The notes beneath the pieces are model-generated. The model was not told where the DNA came from. It saw only the letters and a program-made list of their open reading frames with translations, and searched no databases. Position numbers and translations under genes: made by a program. From positions 1,046 through 65,045 of the forward strand of contig JAGWTZ010000012.1 of assembly GCA_028868695.1 (NCBI GenBank): DNA of 64,000 nucleotides, in the 5' to 3' direction. Shown in pieces: positions 9,737 to 20,851 of this stretch. The stretch comes from Alphaproteobacteria bacterium. GTDB lineage: Bacteria; Pseudomonadota; Alphaproteobacteria; Rhizobiales; Aestuariivirgaceae. How positions within the stretch are numbered: position 1 is the stretch's first letter; each line of letters begins with the position of its first letter.

Positions 9737-10281
9737 GCGAAGGCGTGGCGGGCCGCGCCGTAGGATTCCTCAACATTATAGGGCCCGCCGCCGCGCGATG
9801 GCTTGGACGAGAACAGGACAAAGTGGTTCACGAAGAACGGGCGCGAGCGGTAGAGCGCGTGACTCTCGATGAAGGAGCGCAGGGCGCGCGGGTCCGGGTC
9901 ACGCAGCCGCGCCAAGGTGACGTGGGGGATGAATTTGCGGCCCTCGGGCGCCAGCCCGTGCGATTGGCAGATGCGCTCATGGGCCAGTTGCAGGCGGTTC
10001 AACTCGCCATTCTCCTCCACGCGGGCGATGATGGCATGGGGCTTGTTGCCGCCAAACACGTCAATGCCCTTGAGGGATAGCGAAAAGGGGTGGATGTCGG
10101 CCTCATCCAGCGCCAGCGCCACATCGCGGCCCGTGGCATCATCAATATCGCCGATGAAGCGCAGGGTGATGTGGAAGCTTTCCCGGTCAATCCAGCGGGC
10201 ACCGGCAATGCCGCCTTGCATGAAGTTCAGATCGAGGGAAATGTCGGCAGGAAGTTCCAGTCCGGTAAACAAGCGCATCAT
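9733..10281 (-). CDS. thpR: RNA 2',3'-cyclic phosphodiesterase (2H family)
   Basis: Two HxT motifs (HITLRF, HVTLAR). Confidence 0.92.
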   Translation of the reverse strand: MMRLFTGLELPADISLDLNFMQGGIAGARWIDRESFHITLRFIGDIDDATGRDVALALDEADIHPFSLSLKGIDVFGGNKPHAIIARVEENGELNRLQLAHERICQSHGLAPEGRKFIPHVTLARLRDPDPRALRSFIESHALYRSRPFFVNHFVLFSSKPSRGGGPYNVEESYGAARHAFA

Positions 10282-10327
10282 GTCGAAGCCCTCCCCGTTC
10301 GAATCATGAATTTATATGAACGGTGGT

Positions 10328-10942
10328 TTATGGCAACTTCGCTACAAGCTGCTTCACCAGAGGCACCAAACGGGGCACAATCGCCGCCACGCCCTTGTCG
10401 TTGGGATGCATGCCGTCCGCCTGGTTCAGCTCTGGCCGGGCGGCAACCCCTTCGAGATAAAACGGGTCGAACAGCGTGCCATATTCCGCGGCCAGCCGCG
10501 GGTAGATGCCATCAAAGCGTGTGCGGTAGTCCTCGCCCAGATTGGGGGGTGCGCGCATGCCGAGCAACAGAACCGGCAGGTTTTTGGCCTTTGCCTTGGC
10601 GAGAATCTGGCGCAGGGCAGCTTCCGTCTGCTCCGGCGGCAGGCCGCGCAAAGCGTCATTGGCACCCAGCTCGAGGATCACGGCCCTGACATCGGGGGTG
10701 AGCGCCCAATCAAGCCTGGCCGCCCCTTGCGCCGCCGTGTCGCCCGAGACGCCGGCGTTGATGATGGTGATATCCTGCCCGTCCTGCTTCAGGGCCGCTT
10801 CAAGGATGCTGGGCATGGCATGGCCGGCTTCGAGGCCAAGGCCCGCCGTCAGGCTGTCGCCCAGCGCCAGGATGGTGGTCGTGGCACCGGCAGGCAAGGC
10901 CAGCAGCATGATGCCAAAAAGAAATATGAAAACTGCGCGCAT
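10328..10942 (-). CDS. tesA: Arylesterase/acyl-CoA thioesterase I (GDSL/SGNH)
   Basis: GDSLTAG, GVSGDT, GANDALRG and DGMHPN blocks; signal peptide; divergent from ybbAP. Confidence 0.92.
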   Translation of the reverse strand: MRAVFIFLFGIMLLALPAGATTTILALGDSLTAGLGLEAGHAMPSILEAALKQDGQDITIINAGVSGDTAAQGAARLDWALTPDVRAVILELGANDALRGLPPEQTEAALRQILAKAKAKNLPVLLLGMRAPPNLGEDYRTRFDGIYPRLAAEYGTLFDPFYLEGVAARPELNQADGMHPNDKGVAAIVPRLVPLVKQLVAKLP

Positions 10943-11002
10943 CCGCCCTATATCTTCATTTCATCATCCTGAAACAAGCCCCTGCAAAAAGCCCTGCCTG
11001 AA

Positions 11003-11680
11003 ATGACTGATGCGATTGTTCTTGACCATGTTTACCTGACGCTGAATTCCCAGGCCGGGCCGGTGGAGATTCTGAAGGATGTCTCGTTCCGCATCCAGGC
11101 GGGCGAGGCCATCGGCATCATTGGCCCATCCGGCTCTGGCAAGACTTCGCTGCTGATGGTTGCCTCCGGGCTTGAAGGGGCCAGCAAGGGCGGCGTTGCG
11201 GTGGCGGGCCTGTCCTTGGCGGGCAAAAGCGAGGCGGCGCTGGCGCAATTCCGGCGCGACCAGATCGGCATCATCTTTCAATCCTTTCATCTCATCCCCA
11301 CCATGACGGCGCTTGAGAACGTGGCCGTTCCGCTGGAGTTCAAGGGCCGGGCCGACGCGCTGGCCAAGGCCGAGGAAGGCTTGCGCCGGGTGGGGCTTGG
11401 CCACCGGCTCACCCATTATCCCAGCCAGCTTTCGGGCGGAGAGCAGCAACGCGTGGCGATCGCCCGGGCTGTCACGGCGGGCGCGAAAATCCTGCTGGCG
11501 GATGAACCCACCGGCAATCTTGACCAGGAAACCGGCGCGGCGATCATTGACCTGTTGTTCGAGCTGCAGGCCAAGGAGGGCGCCACGCTGCTGCTGGTGA
11601 CCCATGACCGGCTGCTGGCGCGGCGCTGCAACCGCATTCTCGAAGTGCGCGACGGGCAGGTGAAGGAGGGCCGCGCGTGA
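11003..11680 (+). CDS. ABC transporter ATP-binding protein (YbbA-like)
   Basis: Walker A GPSGSGKT, LSGGEQQR signature, LLADEPTGNLD. Confidence 0.93.
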   Translation: MTDAIVLDHVYLTLNSQAGPVEILKDVSFRIQAGEAIGIIGPSGSGKTSLLMVASGLEGASKGGVAVAGLSLAGKSEAALAQFRRDQIGIIFQSFHLIPTMTALENVAVPLEFKGRADALAKAEEGLRRVGLGHRLTHYPSQLSGGEQQRVAIARAVTAGAKILLADEPTGNLDQETGAAIIDLLFELQAKEGATLLLVTHDRLLARRCNRILEVRDGQVKEGRA

Positions 11681-14187
11681 GACTTTGGCTCAGGCTGGCG
11701 TTTCGCAACTTGCGCTCAGGCCTGCGCGGGTTCTGGATCCTGCTGGTGTGCCTGACTTTGGGGGTGAGCGCCATTGCCATGATCGGATCGCTGGCCTCCT
11801 CAGTGTCGCGCGGCATTGCCGAGCAGGGGCAGGTGTTGCTGGGTGGCGACATCGAGTTTTCGCTGGTGCAGCGCGAGGCTTCCGCGGATGAATTGGCCTG
11901 GATGGCGAGCAAGGGCGTGGTAAGCCATGTGGCTTCGATGCGGGCCATGGCACAGGCGGGCGGCGCGTCAACACTGGTGGAGCTCAAGGCCGTGGATGAA
12001 GCCTATCCGCTCTATGGCAAGCTGGATGTGGCGCGTGACACCAAGCTGCTGTTCATGTCCAGCGATGGGCGCATGGGTGTGGGGGCCGATGCGGTGCTGC
12101 TGTCGCGCCTCAACATCAAGGTTGGTGACAGCCTCAAGCTGGGCAAGGCGGACTTTGCGCTGCGCTCCACCATCAACACCGAACCGGACCGGATTTCCAA
12201 CGGCATCATTTTCGGGCCGCGCGTTCTGCTCAGTCATCAAGCTCTGGCCACTACTGGCCTCGTCCAGCCGGGCAGCCTTGTCACCCATGCCTACCGGGTG
12301 CGCTTCACCGGCGCGCAGGGGCTGGCTGCCGCCAAGGCCGTTGAGCAGGAAGCAAAGACGAAGTTCCCAGAAGCGGGATGGCGCATTCGCACGCCGGACA
12401 AGGCGGCGCAGGGGGCGGATGAATTCGTGGGCCGGCTTTCAACTTTCTTGACGCTGGTTTCAATTTCGGCGCTGGTCATTGGCGGGGCGGGCATTGCCAA
12501 CGCCGTTTCGGCCTTTGTTGACAGGCGGCGCGAAACCATTTCCATCCTGAAGTGCCTTGGCGCGCAGAATGGCGATTTGGTTGCGATTTCGCTGATCGAG
12601 ATCCTGTGCGTCAGCCTGCTTGGCATTGCGCTGGCGCTGGTTCTTGGGGCGGCAACGCCGGCCTTGGTGAAGGCCTTGTTCGGCACCATCCTGCCCTTGC
12701 CGCTGTCGATGACATTTGACGGCAGGCCGCTGTGGTTTGCAGCTGTGCTGGGGTTGCTGATCACCATCGGCTTTTCGCTGTGGCCGCTGGCGCGCATTAC
12801 CGGCATCAGCGGCGCCGCCTTGTTCCGGGCGCAGGGGTTCGACACGGGCCGCTGGCCCTCGGGTCGCTATGTGTTCGCAAGCCTTGGCCTGCTGGCGCTG
12901 GCTGCGGCCGGGTCGATCTTGTCGTTTGAGGACAAGCGGGTGGCCGGCGCCTTTATCGGAGGGCTGGCCGCGAGCTTCGTGGCGCTGTGGCTTTTGTCGC
13001 TGGGCATCGTGAAGCTGGCCAGCCTGATGCCCAAGCCGCGCAACCTGTTCCTGCGCCAGGCGCTGACAAGCCTGCACCGGCCGGGTTCAGCGAGCCAGTC
13101 GGTGATCATGGCGCTGGGCCTTGGGCTTTCGCTTTTCGTCACACTGGCTCTCACTGACCAGACGATCAGCCGCGAATTGACCTCCGCCCTGCCGGAAAAG
13201 GCGCCGGCGTTTTTCTTCATGGATGTGCAGGGTGCGGATTTTGATGGCTTCAAGGCCACGCTGGCGGCACAGCCGGGGGTGAGCGACATTTCCAACACGC
13301 CGATGCTGCGCGGGCGCATCTCGAAGGTGAAGGGCATCACCGCCGAACAGCTGGCGGCCAAGCCGGATGGCTCCTGGGCCCTGCGCGGTGACAGGGGGCT
13401 GACTTTTGCCGACACGGTGCCGCGTGGCTCAACCCTGGTTTCCGGCCAGTGGTGGGCTGCGGACTATGCCGGGCCGCCCTTGGTTTCGATGACGGACGAC
13501 ATTGCCGCGGCGCTGGACATGAAGCTCGGCGACACCATCACCGTCAATGTGCTGGGCCGGGATGTGGAGGCGAAACTGGCCTCCACCCGCAAAGTCAATT
13601 GGAAGGGCCTTGGCATCAACTTCGTACTGGTGTTCAACCGCGCGGCACTGGAAGCAGCGCCGCACACCGAGCTTGTCACCGCGGAAATGAAGGGCGGTGA
13701 TGAGGGGCAAGTTCTCAATGCCATGGCGGCCGCTTTCCCGTCAGTCACTTCGGTGCGGGTGAAGGATGCGCTGCAAACGGTGGGCGACCTCTTGGGCAAG
13801 ATGCTGGGTGCGGTGCGCGGTGCCAACGTGATTTCGCTGCTCACCGGGGTTCTGGTTCTGGCAGGCGCGCTCGCTGCAGGGCTTTCGGCGCGCAGCTATG
13901 AGGTTGTGGTGCTCAAGACCTATGGTGCCACGCGGCGCCAGTTGCTGCAAAGCTTCGTGATTGAATATGGCTTGCTGGGGCTCGTGGCAGCACTGTTCGG
14001 CATGCTGGTGGGCGGGCTCGCCTCATGGTTCCTGGCGCGCTTTGCGCTGGACATGCCCTTTGAGTTTTCCCTTGGCACCGCGGCGTTGACGGCGGTGCTG
14101 GCCATGGTGATCACCATTGTGGCGGGGCTAATGGTGACGGTGCGGGCGCTTTCGGCCAAGCCTTCCTTCTATCTCAGAAACGAGTAA
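11677..14187 (+). CDS. ABC transporter permease (YbbP/FtsX-like)
   Basis: Duplicated FtsX-like architecture; LLGGD and APAFFFMDVQ motifs; GTGA overlap with the ATPase. Confidence 0.88.
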   Translation: MRLWLRLAFRNLRSGLRGFWILLVCLTLGVSAIAMIGSLASSVSRGIAEQGQVLLGGDIEFSLVQREASADELAWMASKGVVSHVASMRAMAQAGGASTLVELKAVDEAYPLYGKLDVARDTKLLFMSSDGRMGVGADAVLLSRLNIKVGDSLKLGKADFALRSTINTEPDRISNGIIFGPRVLLSHQALATTGLVQPGSLVTHAYRVRFTGAQGLAAAKAVEQEAKTKFPEAGWRIRTPDKAAQGADEFVGRLSTFLTLVSISALVIGGAGIANAVSAFVDRRRETISILKCLGAQNGDLVAISLIEILCVSLLGIALALVLGAATPALVKALFGTILPLPLSMTFDGRPLWFAAVLGLLITIGFSLWPLARITGISGAALFRAQGFDTGRWPSGRYVFASLGLLALAAAGSILSFEDKRVAGAFIGGLAASFVALWLLSLGIVKLASLMPKPRNLFLRQALTSLHRPGSASQSVIMALGLGLSLFVTLALTDQTISRELTSALPEKAPAFFFMDVQGADFDGFKATLAAQPGVSDISNTPMLRGRISKVKGITAEQLAAKPDGSWALRGDRGLTFADTVPRGSTLVSGQWWAADYAGPPLVSMTDDIAAALDMKLGDTITVNVLGRDVEAKLASTRKVNWKGLGINFVLVFNRAALEAAPHTELVTAEMKGGDEGQVLNAMAAAFPSVTSVRVKDALQTVGDLLGKMLGAVRGANVISLLTGVLVLAGALAAGLSARSYEVVVLKTYGATRRQLLQSFVIEYGLLGLVAALFGMLVGGLASWFLARFALDMPFEFSLGTAALTAVLAMVITIVAGLMVTVRALSAKPSFYLRNE

Positions 14188-14195
14188 GAAGGGCC

Positions 14196-14783
14196 ATGGT
14201 CAAACTCAACAAGATTTACACCCGCACCGGCGATGGCGGCGAAACCGCGCTGGGCACGGGGGAGCGGGTGTCGAAAGCCCACATCCGCATTGCCGCCTAT
14301 GGCACGGTGGATGAAACCAACGCGGCGGTGGGCGTGGCGCGGCTGCACACCAAGGATGCCGCGCTGGTCAAGCTTGATGCCATGCTGGCGCGCATTCAGA
14401 ACGAGCTGTTTGACCTGGGCGCTGATCTTTGCGTGCCGGACCGCGGGCAAAAGCTTGACTATGAACCCTTGCGCATCCTGCCGAAGCAGTTTGAGCGGCT
14501 GGAGGCAGAAATTGACGAGCTGAACGCCGAGTTGGCGCCGCTCCGGTCCTTCGTGCTGCCGGGCGGCCATGCCGCTGCGGCGCAATTGCACATCTGCCGC
14601 ACTGTCTGCCGCCATGCCGAGCGGCTGATTGTGGAGCTTGCCAGCCACAAGGGCGAGCATGTGAGCGAAGGTGCCGTGGCCTATGTGAACCGCCTTTCAG
14701 ATTTCTTCTTTGTTGCCAGCCGGTGGGTCAACGCCACGGCGGGCAGCGGTGATGTGCTCTGGGTGCCGGGAAAGACACGCTGA
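14196..14783 (+). CDS. Cob(I)yrinic acid a,c-diamide adenosyltransferase (PduO type)
   Basis: KIYTRTGDGGET, SFVLPGG and YVNRLSDFFF motifs. Confidence 0.95.
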   Translation: MVKLNKIYTRTGDGGETALGTGERVSKAHIRIAAYGTVDETNAAVGVARLHTKDAALVKLDAMLARIQNELFDLGADLCVPDRGQKLDYEPLRILPKQFERLEAEIDELNAELAPLRSFVLPGGHAAAAQLHICRTVCRHAERLIVELASHKGEHVSEGAVAYVNRLSDFFFVASRWVNATAGSGDVLWVPGKTR

Positions 14784-15389
14784 ATGCTCGGCGCTGTGCT
14801 GGCCGGGTTTGCCCTTGGTGGCAGCCTGATCATTGCCATCGGGGCACAAAACGCCTTTGTCATCCGGCAGGGGGTGCTCAACCAGTTTGTCTTCTGGATC
14901 TGCCTTTTCTGCTCGCTGTCAGACGCTGTGCTGATCTGGGGCGGCACCTATGGGCTGGCCGGCGTGCTCAAGGCGGTCCCGGCCCTTCTGCCGGTCATGC
15001 GCTATGGCGGCGCGGCCTTTCTCTTGTGGTATGGCGTCAAGGCGTTTCTGCGGGCGCTGCACCCGGAGGCGATGGGCGAAAGCCGCAATGAAACCCAAAG
15101 CCTGCAATCGGCGCTGGCGCTGTGCGCGGCCTTCACCTGGCTGAACCCGCATGTTTACCTTGATACGGTTGTGCTGGTGGGGTCGATCGCCAATGCGAGG
15201 GCGGCGGGTGAACAGGCGCCCTTCGCGCTGGGGGCATCACTGGCTTCCCTTGTGTGGTTTTTTGGCCTTGGTTATGGCGCCAAGGCCCTGCGGGATGTGC
15301 TTTCGCGGCCATCTGTCTGGCGGGGGATTGATTTTGCCATTGCCGCCATCATGTTCTGGCTGGCGCTGAAGCTGCTGATGGGCGGGTGA
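14784..15389 (+). CDS. LysE/ArgO family amino acid exporter
   Basis: IIAIGAQNAFV and TWLNPHVYLDT motifs. Confidence 0.93.
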   Translation: MLGAVLAGFALGGSLIIAIGAQNAFVIRQGVLNQFVFWICLFCSLSDAVLIWGGTYGLAGVLKAVPALLPVMRYGGAAFLLWYGVKAFLRALHPEAMGESRNETQSLQSALALCAAFTWLNPHVYLDTVVLVGSIANARAAGEQAPFALGASLASLVWFFGLGYGAKALRDVLSRPSVWRGIDFAIAAIMFWLALKLLMGG

Positions 15390-15390
15390 G

Positions 15391-16077
15391 ATGTTCGTTC
15401 CGCTGCATGATGACACGACCCTGAAGGTGATCCGCTTCCAATGGGTCACCCTTGCCATCATGGTGGGCAATTGCCTGATCTTCCTGTGGGACCAGTTCTT
15501 CGCCACCGATATCCAGCACAATGCCATGCTGCTGCAGTTCGGGCTCATTCCCAGTGATTTTCTCGACACACTGCGCAGCACCGGCAGCCACGGCTTTGCG
15601 GCAGAACTGGCAACGCTGGCGACCTCGCTGTTCCTGCATGGCAGCTGGCTGCACATCATCGGCAACCTGGCGTTCCTTTGGGTGTTTGCCGACAACATCG
15701 AAGACGCTTTCGGCCACTTGGGGTTCTGTTTCTTCTATCTGATCTGCGGGGCGGCAGGCGGGCTGTTGCATGTGGCGGTAATGCCCGGTTCCAGCCTGCC
15801 GCTGATCGGGGCTTCCAGTGCCGTTGCTGGCATAATGGGCAGCTATATCGTGCTTTTCCCCAAGGCGCGGGTGTGGGTGATGGTGTTTGTGCCGGTGCCG
15901 CTTTCGGCGTCCTGGGCCTTGCTGGGCTGGCTGGCCTTCCAGCTGTACAGTATCCTGACAGCCCCGCCCGGCTCGGACGTTGCCTTCTGGTCCCACATTG
16001 GCGGGTTCGCCACGGGCTTTGCCCTGACCCTGCTGCTCAGGCGGCAAATTGCCCTCAACACCAGAGGTCGGATTTGA
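15391..16077 (+). CDS. Rhomboid family intramembrane serine protease
   Basis: FLHGSWLHIIGN, GASSAVAG (Ser) and SHIGG (His) motifs. Confidence 0.93.
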   Translation: MFVPLHDDTTLKVIRFQWVTLAIMVGNCLIFLWDQFFATDIQHNAMLLQFGLIPSDFLDTLRSTGSHGFAAELATLATSLFLHGSWLHIIGNLAFLWVFADNIEDAFGHLGFCFFYLICGAAGGLLHVAVMPGSSLPLIGASSAVAGIMGSYIVLFPKARVWVMVFVPVPLSASWALLGWLAFQLYSILTAPPGSDVAFWSHIGGFATGFALTLLLRRQIALNTRGRI

Positions 16078-16151
16078 CTGGTCCACGCCGCTGGCGGGTT
16101 TGACTCCGGAGGGCAGTCTCCGTAAACAGCCGCCATTCCAATGAGGTTGCC

Positions 16152-16898
16152 ATGAAAGTACTCGTCGCTGTTAAGCGCGTTGTCGATTACAACGTGAAGA
16201 TCCGGGTGAAGGCCGATGGTTCGGGGGTTGAGCTCGCCAACGTCAAGATGTCGATGAACCCGTTTGACGAAATCGGCGTGGAAGAGGCGATCCGCCTCAA
16301 GGAAGCCGGCAAGGCCACGGAAATCGTGGTGGTCTCGATCGGCCCGGCCCAGGCGCAGGAAACCCTGCGCACGGCACTGGCCATGGGTGCTGACCGCGCC
16401 ATCCTGGTCAAGACGGATGATGTTGTCGAGCCGCTGGGTGTGGCCAAGATTTTGAAGGGTGTGGTGGAGGCTGAAAAGCCGGAGATCGTGATCCTCGGCA
16501 AGCAGGCCATTGATGATGACTGCAACCAGACGGGCCAGATGCTTTCAGCCCTGCTGGGCTGGGCCCAGGCCACGGCCTGCTCGAAGCTCGAGCCCGGTGC
16601 AGGTGAAGCCACCATCACCCGCGAGATTGACGGGGGCCTCCAGACCCTCAAGGTCAAGATGCCGCTGATCGTGACCACCGATTTGCGCCTCAACCAGCCG
16701 CGCTATGCCTCGCTGCCCAACATCATGAAGGCCAAGAAGAAGCCGCTGGATGAAAAGTCGCCCGCTGACTTTGGCGCCGACATCAAGGCCCGCCTGAAGG
16801 TGATCAAGACTGAAGACCCGCCGAAGCGCGCCGCTGGCGTGAAGGTGGCCTCGGTTGCCGAACTTGTCTCCAAACTCAAAGCCGCAGGAGCAATCTGA
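16152..16898 (+). CDS. etfB: Electron transfer flavoprotein beta subunit
   Basis: [12 protein letters not shown] and [15 protein letters not shown] motifs. Confidence 0.97.
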   Translation: MKVLVAVKRVVDYNVKIRVKADGSGVELANVKMSMNPFDEIGVEEAIRLKEAGKATEIVVVSIGPAQAQETLRTALAMGADRAILVKTDDVVEPLGVAKILKGVVEAEKPEIVILGKQAIDDDCNQTGQMLSALLGWAQATACSKLEPGAGEATITREIDGGLQTLKVKMPLIVTTDLRLNQPRYASLPNIMKAKKKPLDEKSPADFGADIKARLKVIKTEDPPKRAAGVKVASVAELVSKLKAAGAI

Positions 16899-17827
16899 TG
16901 GCCGTTCTTCTCATTGCCGAACATGACAACGCATCCCTGAAGGATGCCACGCACAAGGCGCTTTCCGCCGCTGCCAAGATGGGCGGAGACGTGCATGTGC
17001 TGGTGGCCGGTAACAAGGCCGATGGCGCTGCCAAGGCCGCCGCCAAGCTTGCTGGTGTCAAGAAGGTGCTCCACCTCGAAAGCGCTGACCTTGAGCGCCC
17101 GTTGGCCGAACCGATGGCCGCCAACATTGTGGCGCTGGCTTCAGGCTATGACCACATCGTTGCCCCTGCCACCACCAACGGCAAGAACTACATGCCGCGC
17201 GTGGCGGCCCTGCTCGATGTGATGCAGGTGTCGGACATTTCCGAAGTGAAGTCTCCCGACACCTTCGTGCGCCTGATCTATGCCGGCAATGCCGTGCAGA
17301 CGGTGCAGTCCACCGACGCCAAGAAGGTGATCACGGTGCGCACCGCTTCCTTCCCCGCTGCGGGCGAGGGCGGATCCGCCGCTGTTGAAAGCGTGAAGGC
17401 CGCTGCCAATCCAAGCCTCTCGTCCTACGTCTCCGAGAATCTCTCGAAGTCTGACCGTCCGGAACTCACCTCCGCCAAGATCATCATCTCGGGCGGGCGT
17501 GGCATGCAGAATGGCGACAACTTCAAGCTGCTCGACGCCGTGGCCAAGAAGCTCAATGCGGCCGTTGGTGCTTCGCGCGCCGCGGTGGATGCCGGTTACG
17601 TGCCCAATGACTATCAGGTGGGCCAGACGGGCAAGGTGGTGGCCCCTGATCTTTACATCGCCGTGGGCATCTCCGGCGCCATCCAGCATTTGGCTGGCAT
17701 GAAGGACTCGAAGGTGATCGTCGCCATCAACAAGGACGACGAAGCCCCGATCTTCCAGGTGGCGGATTATGGCCTGGTGGCTGACCTCTTCACCGCCGTG
17801 CCGGAGCTGGAGAAGGCGCTGGGTTAA
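16898..17827 (+). CDS. etfA: Electron transfer flavoprotein alpha subunit
   Basis: [17 protein letters not shown] and [12 protein letters not shown] motifs. Confidence 0.97.
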   Translation: MAVLLIAEHDNASLKDATHKALSAAAKMGGDVHVLVAGNKADGAAKAAAKLAGVKKVLHLESADLERPLAEPMAANIVALASGYDHIVAPATTNGKNYMPRVAALLDVMQVSDISEVKSPDTFVRLIYAGNAVQTVQSTDAKKVITVRTASFPAAGEGGSAAVESVKAAANPSLSSYVSENLSKSDRPELTSAKIIISGGRGMQNGDNFKLLDAVAKKLNAAVGASRAAVDAGYVPNDYQVGQTGKVVAPDLYIAVGISGAIQHLAGMKDSKVIVAINKDDEAPIFQVADYGLVADLFTAVPELEKALG

Positions 17828-18992
17828 GGCTTTTGCCAAGTCTGGTGGCCAGCAGCGACAAGAGCGTTGCGGCCACCAGGAAACCCAAAGACATGAGCGG
17901 CAGGCGCTGGGCCACGCCTGCATCCATCAACAGGCCGCCGATCTTGGCGCCTGCTGATTGGCCCAAATAGACAAAGCTGGTGTTGAGCGCGATGGTCACC
18001 GAGGCGATGGCCGGGGAGAGCTGCGCCAGACGGCTTTGTTGCAGCGAGTTCGACGAGAATGAGCCCAGCCCCCAAAACAAGCCGGCGGCCAGGCCAAGCC
18101 TGTAGTTGCCGAAAAACACGAACAGCCCAAGGAAGCCCAATGCCAGCGCCATGAGGCCTGCGGCAATGACGCTGTCCACGCCGAAGCGGCCCACAATGCG
18201 CGTGGCGATGGAGTTGCCGGCGATGCCGGCGCTGCCCACCACAAGAAACATCAGGGCGATCATGTGGGGCGTGGCGCCAAAGCCATCGCGCAGCAGGGGT
18301 GCTATGTAGCTGAACATGGTGAACTGCCCTGCCATGGAGCACAGTGTCACGGCAAAAACCGTCAACAACAATGGCGAGCCCAGCGCCTTGGCCCAGGCCG
18401 CGGCACCTATGCGCTGCACAAAGAGATTTTTGGGAACGGTGAGCCACACGGCCAGTGCGCCAACAAGCGAAAGCAATGCCATGACGGCATAAACCGGGCG
18501 CCAACCCAATGGCTCGGCCAGAACACCCGCCAAAGGAATGCCTGCCACATTGGCAGCGGACCAGCCGATGAAAATGAAGGCGATCATGGCGGCGCGGCGC
18601 TCCGGCGGCAGCATGACGCCCAGCGTGGCGGCGGCCTGAGGCGTGAACAGCGCAGCGCCGATGACCGTGAAAGCCCGGGCCCATTGCTGCATTTCAAAGC
18701 CGGGCGCCAGGAAAGACCAGAAGTGCCCCAGCGCATAAACCAGCAGCGAAGCGGCCAGCAGGCTGCGCCGCTCCAGCCAGCCTGTGGCCGTGGCCAGGAG
18801 AGGTGCGCCAATGCCCACAACCAATGCGCCAACCAGCGCAAGCCGCCCGGCCTCCGAGGAACTGATCGCATAATCTGCCGCAATCTGGTTCAAAAGGCCG
18901 GAAGGCAAAAGAACCCCGGTGCCAATGAGGAAATTGCCTCCGAGCATGGCCAAAAGCGCCGGAGTGTGGTTGCGGGACTCGGTTGATGGCAT
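17790..18992 (-). CDS. MFS transporter (DHA1/AraJ-like)
   Basis: About 12 TM segments; FTMFSYIAPLL; 3' end overlaps etfA by 38 bp. Confidence 0.88.
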   Translation of the reverse strand: MPSTESRNHTPALLAMLGGNFLIGTGVLLPSGLLNQIAADYAISSSEAGRLALVGALVVGIGAPLLATATGWLERRSLLAASLLVYALGHFWSFLAPGFEMQQWARAFTVIGAALFTPQAAATLGVMLPPERRAAMIAFIFIGWSAANVAGIPLAGVLAEPLGWRPVYAVMALLSLVGALAVWLTVPKNLFVQRIGAAAWAKALGSPLLLTVFAVTLCSMAGQFTMFSYIAPLLRDGFGATPHMIALMFLVVGSAGIAGNSIATRIVGRFGVDSVIAAGLMALALGFLGLFVFFGNYRLGLAAGLFWGLGSFSSNSLQQSRLAQLSPAIASVTIALNTSFVYLGQSAGAKIGGLLMDAGVAQRLPLMSLGFLVAATLLSLLATRLGKSLNPAPSPAPARR

Positions 18993-19084
18993 GGGATTTC
19001 GCAGCTGCACAAAAATCTTGAAGTACGCGCCTCAGGCGCATAGTGTGCCTGCGGTTTGACCAGCTTCCGGGAAACGGCACAAGC

Positions 19085-19960
19085 ATGAATATCGCAAAGG
19101 TTGGGATTATTGGCGCCGGGCAAATGGGTTCGGGGATCGCGCAAGTTTGCGCTGCGGCAGGATATCAGGTTCTGCTGAATGACACTTCCTCTGAGCGGAT
19201 TCAGGCCGGAATCGACACCATCGCCAAGAACTTTGACCGGCGCATCAAGTCAGGCAAGTCGAGCGAGGCTGACAAAGCCGCCGCGCTGGCCAAGATTTCC
19301 GCTGCCGCCGATCTCGCCGCATTCGGCGTCTGTGACCTGGTGATTGAAGCCGCTTCCGAGAAGGAGGCTGTGAAGAAGCAGATTTTCGAGGCACTTGCCC
19401 CGCATGTGAAGCCGGACTGCATCATCGGCACCAACACATCCTCGCTTTCCATCACAAGGCTCGCTGCCTCTTCCGGCCGGCCGGAGAAGTTCATGGGCAT
19501 ACATTTCATGAATCCGGTTCCGGTGATGGAGCTGGTGGAATTGATCCGCGGCATTGCCACCAATGAGGTGGTGTTCAAGGCGGTGAACGAGTTTGTCGGC
19601 ACGCTGGGCAAGGTCACGGCGGTGTCAGAGGATTTCCCCGCCTTCATCGTCAACCGCATTTTGCTGCCGATGATCAATGAGTCGATCTACACGCTTTATG
19701 AAGGCGTGGCCGGGGTTGAGGCCATCGACAAGGCGATGAAGCTGGGCGCCCATCACCCGATGGGGCCGCTGGAACTGGCGGATTTCATCGGGCTTGATAC
19801 GTGCCTGTCGATCATGCAGGTGCTGCATGAAGGTTTGTCGGATTCCAAATACCGGCCTTGCCCGCTGCTGGTGAAATATGTCGAGGCTGGCTGGCTGGGC
19901 CGCAAGGTGAAGCGCGGCTTCTATGACTATTCTGGCGAAAAGCCGGTGCCGACGCGCTGA
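19085..19960 (+). CDS. hbd: 3-hydroxybutyryl-CoA dehydrogenase
   Basis: GAGQMGSG, NTSSLSIT, HFMNPVP and HPMGPLELADFIGLD motifs. Confidence 0.95.
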   Translation: MNIAKVGIIGAGQMGSGIAQVCAAAGYQVLLNDTSSERIQAGIDTIAKNFDRRIKSGKSSEADKAAALAKISAAADLAAFGVCDLVIEAASEKEAVKKQIFEALAPHVKPDCIIGTNTSSLSITRLAASSGRPEKFMGIHFMNPVPVMELVELIRGIATNEVVFKAVNEFVGTLGKVTAVSEDFPAFIVNRILLPMINESIYTLYEGVAGVEAIDKAMKLGAHHPMGPLELADFIGLDTCLSIMQVLHEGLSDSKYRPCPLLVKYVEAGWLGRKVKRGFYDYSGEKPVPTR

Positions 19961-20008
19961 ACTTGCCCGCTCTAGCTTTTACCCCCTGATTTCCCATATA
20001 GAGGCGGA

Positions 20009-20851
20009 ATGACCCTTCCCTTCCGCAAGATGAACGGCCTTGGCAATGATTTCGTGGTGCTGGACGCGCGCCAGCATCCGCTTGCCATCACAGAGGCCGG
20101 CGCCCGCGCCATTGCCAACCGCAAGACGGGCATCGGCTGTGACCAGCTCATCGTGATGGAACCTTCTCGCAGCGCCGATGTGCGCATGCGCATCTGGAAC
20201 GCCGAAGGCGGCGAGGTGCCGTCCTGCGGCAATGCCTCGCGCTGCATCGCCGATCTGATGTTTGATGAACTGAAAGCCGATGTGGCCACCATTGAAACCA
20301 AGGGCGGGTTCCTCTCGGCCAAAAAGGCGGGTGATCATCTCGTCACCATCGACCAGGGCAAGCCCAAGTTTGACTGGAAGGACATTCCGCTTTCCGAACC
20401 TTTTCCCGACACGCGGCACATCGAGCTGCAGATCGGCCCCATCGACAAGCCTCTCCTGCATTCACCATCCGTGGTGAATGTGGGCAACCCGCATTGTATC
20501 TTCTGGGTGGATGATCTGAACGTGGTTGACCTTGGCCGGGTTGGGCCGATGCTTGAGCACCACCCGATGTTTCCGGAACGTGCCAATATTTCGCTGGCCC
20601 AGGTTGTGGCGCGCAATCACGTGCTGTTGAAAGTGTGGGAGCGGGGCGCTGGCCTCACCCAGGCCTGCGGCACGGCGGCCTGCGCCACCATGGCGGCGGG
20701 GCACCGCATCAAGATAATCGATTCCAAATGCAAGATCACCCTGCCGGGCGGAGACTTGTTCATGGCGGTGAATGAAGAGAACGGCCACGTGCTGATGACC
20801 GGCCCGGCGGCGCTGGATTTTGAAGGCACCCTGCCGGAAGGGCTGCTGTGA
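20009..20851 (+). CDS. dapF: Diaminopimelate epimerase
   Basis: GLGNDF, CGNASRC, GNPH and ACGTAAC motifs. Confidence 0.96.
   Translation: MTLPFRKMNGLGNDFVVLDARQHPLAITEAGARAIANRKTGIGCDQLIVMEPSRSADVRMRIWNAEGGEVPSCGNASRCIADLMFDELKADVATIETKGGFLSAKKAGDHLVTIDQGKPKFDWKDIPLSEPFPDTRHIELQIGPIDKPLLHSPSVVNVGNPHCIFWVDDLNVVDLGRVGPMLEHHPMFPERANISLAQVVARNHVLLKVWERGAGLTQACGTAACATMAAGHRIKIIDSKCKITLPGGDLFMAVNEENGHVLMTGPAALDFEGTLPEGLL

Noticed and set aside
19985-20000. CCCATAT upstream of dapF as a sigma32 promoter
   Set aside because: No CTTG -35 element at the correct spacing
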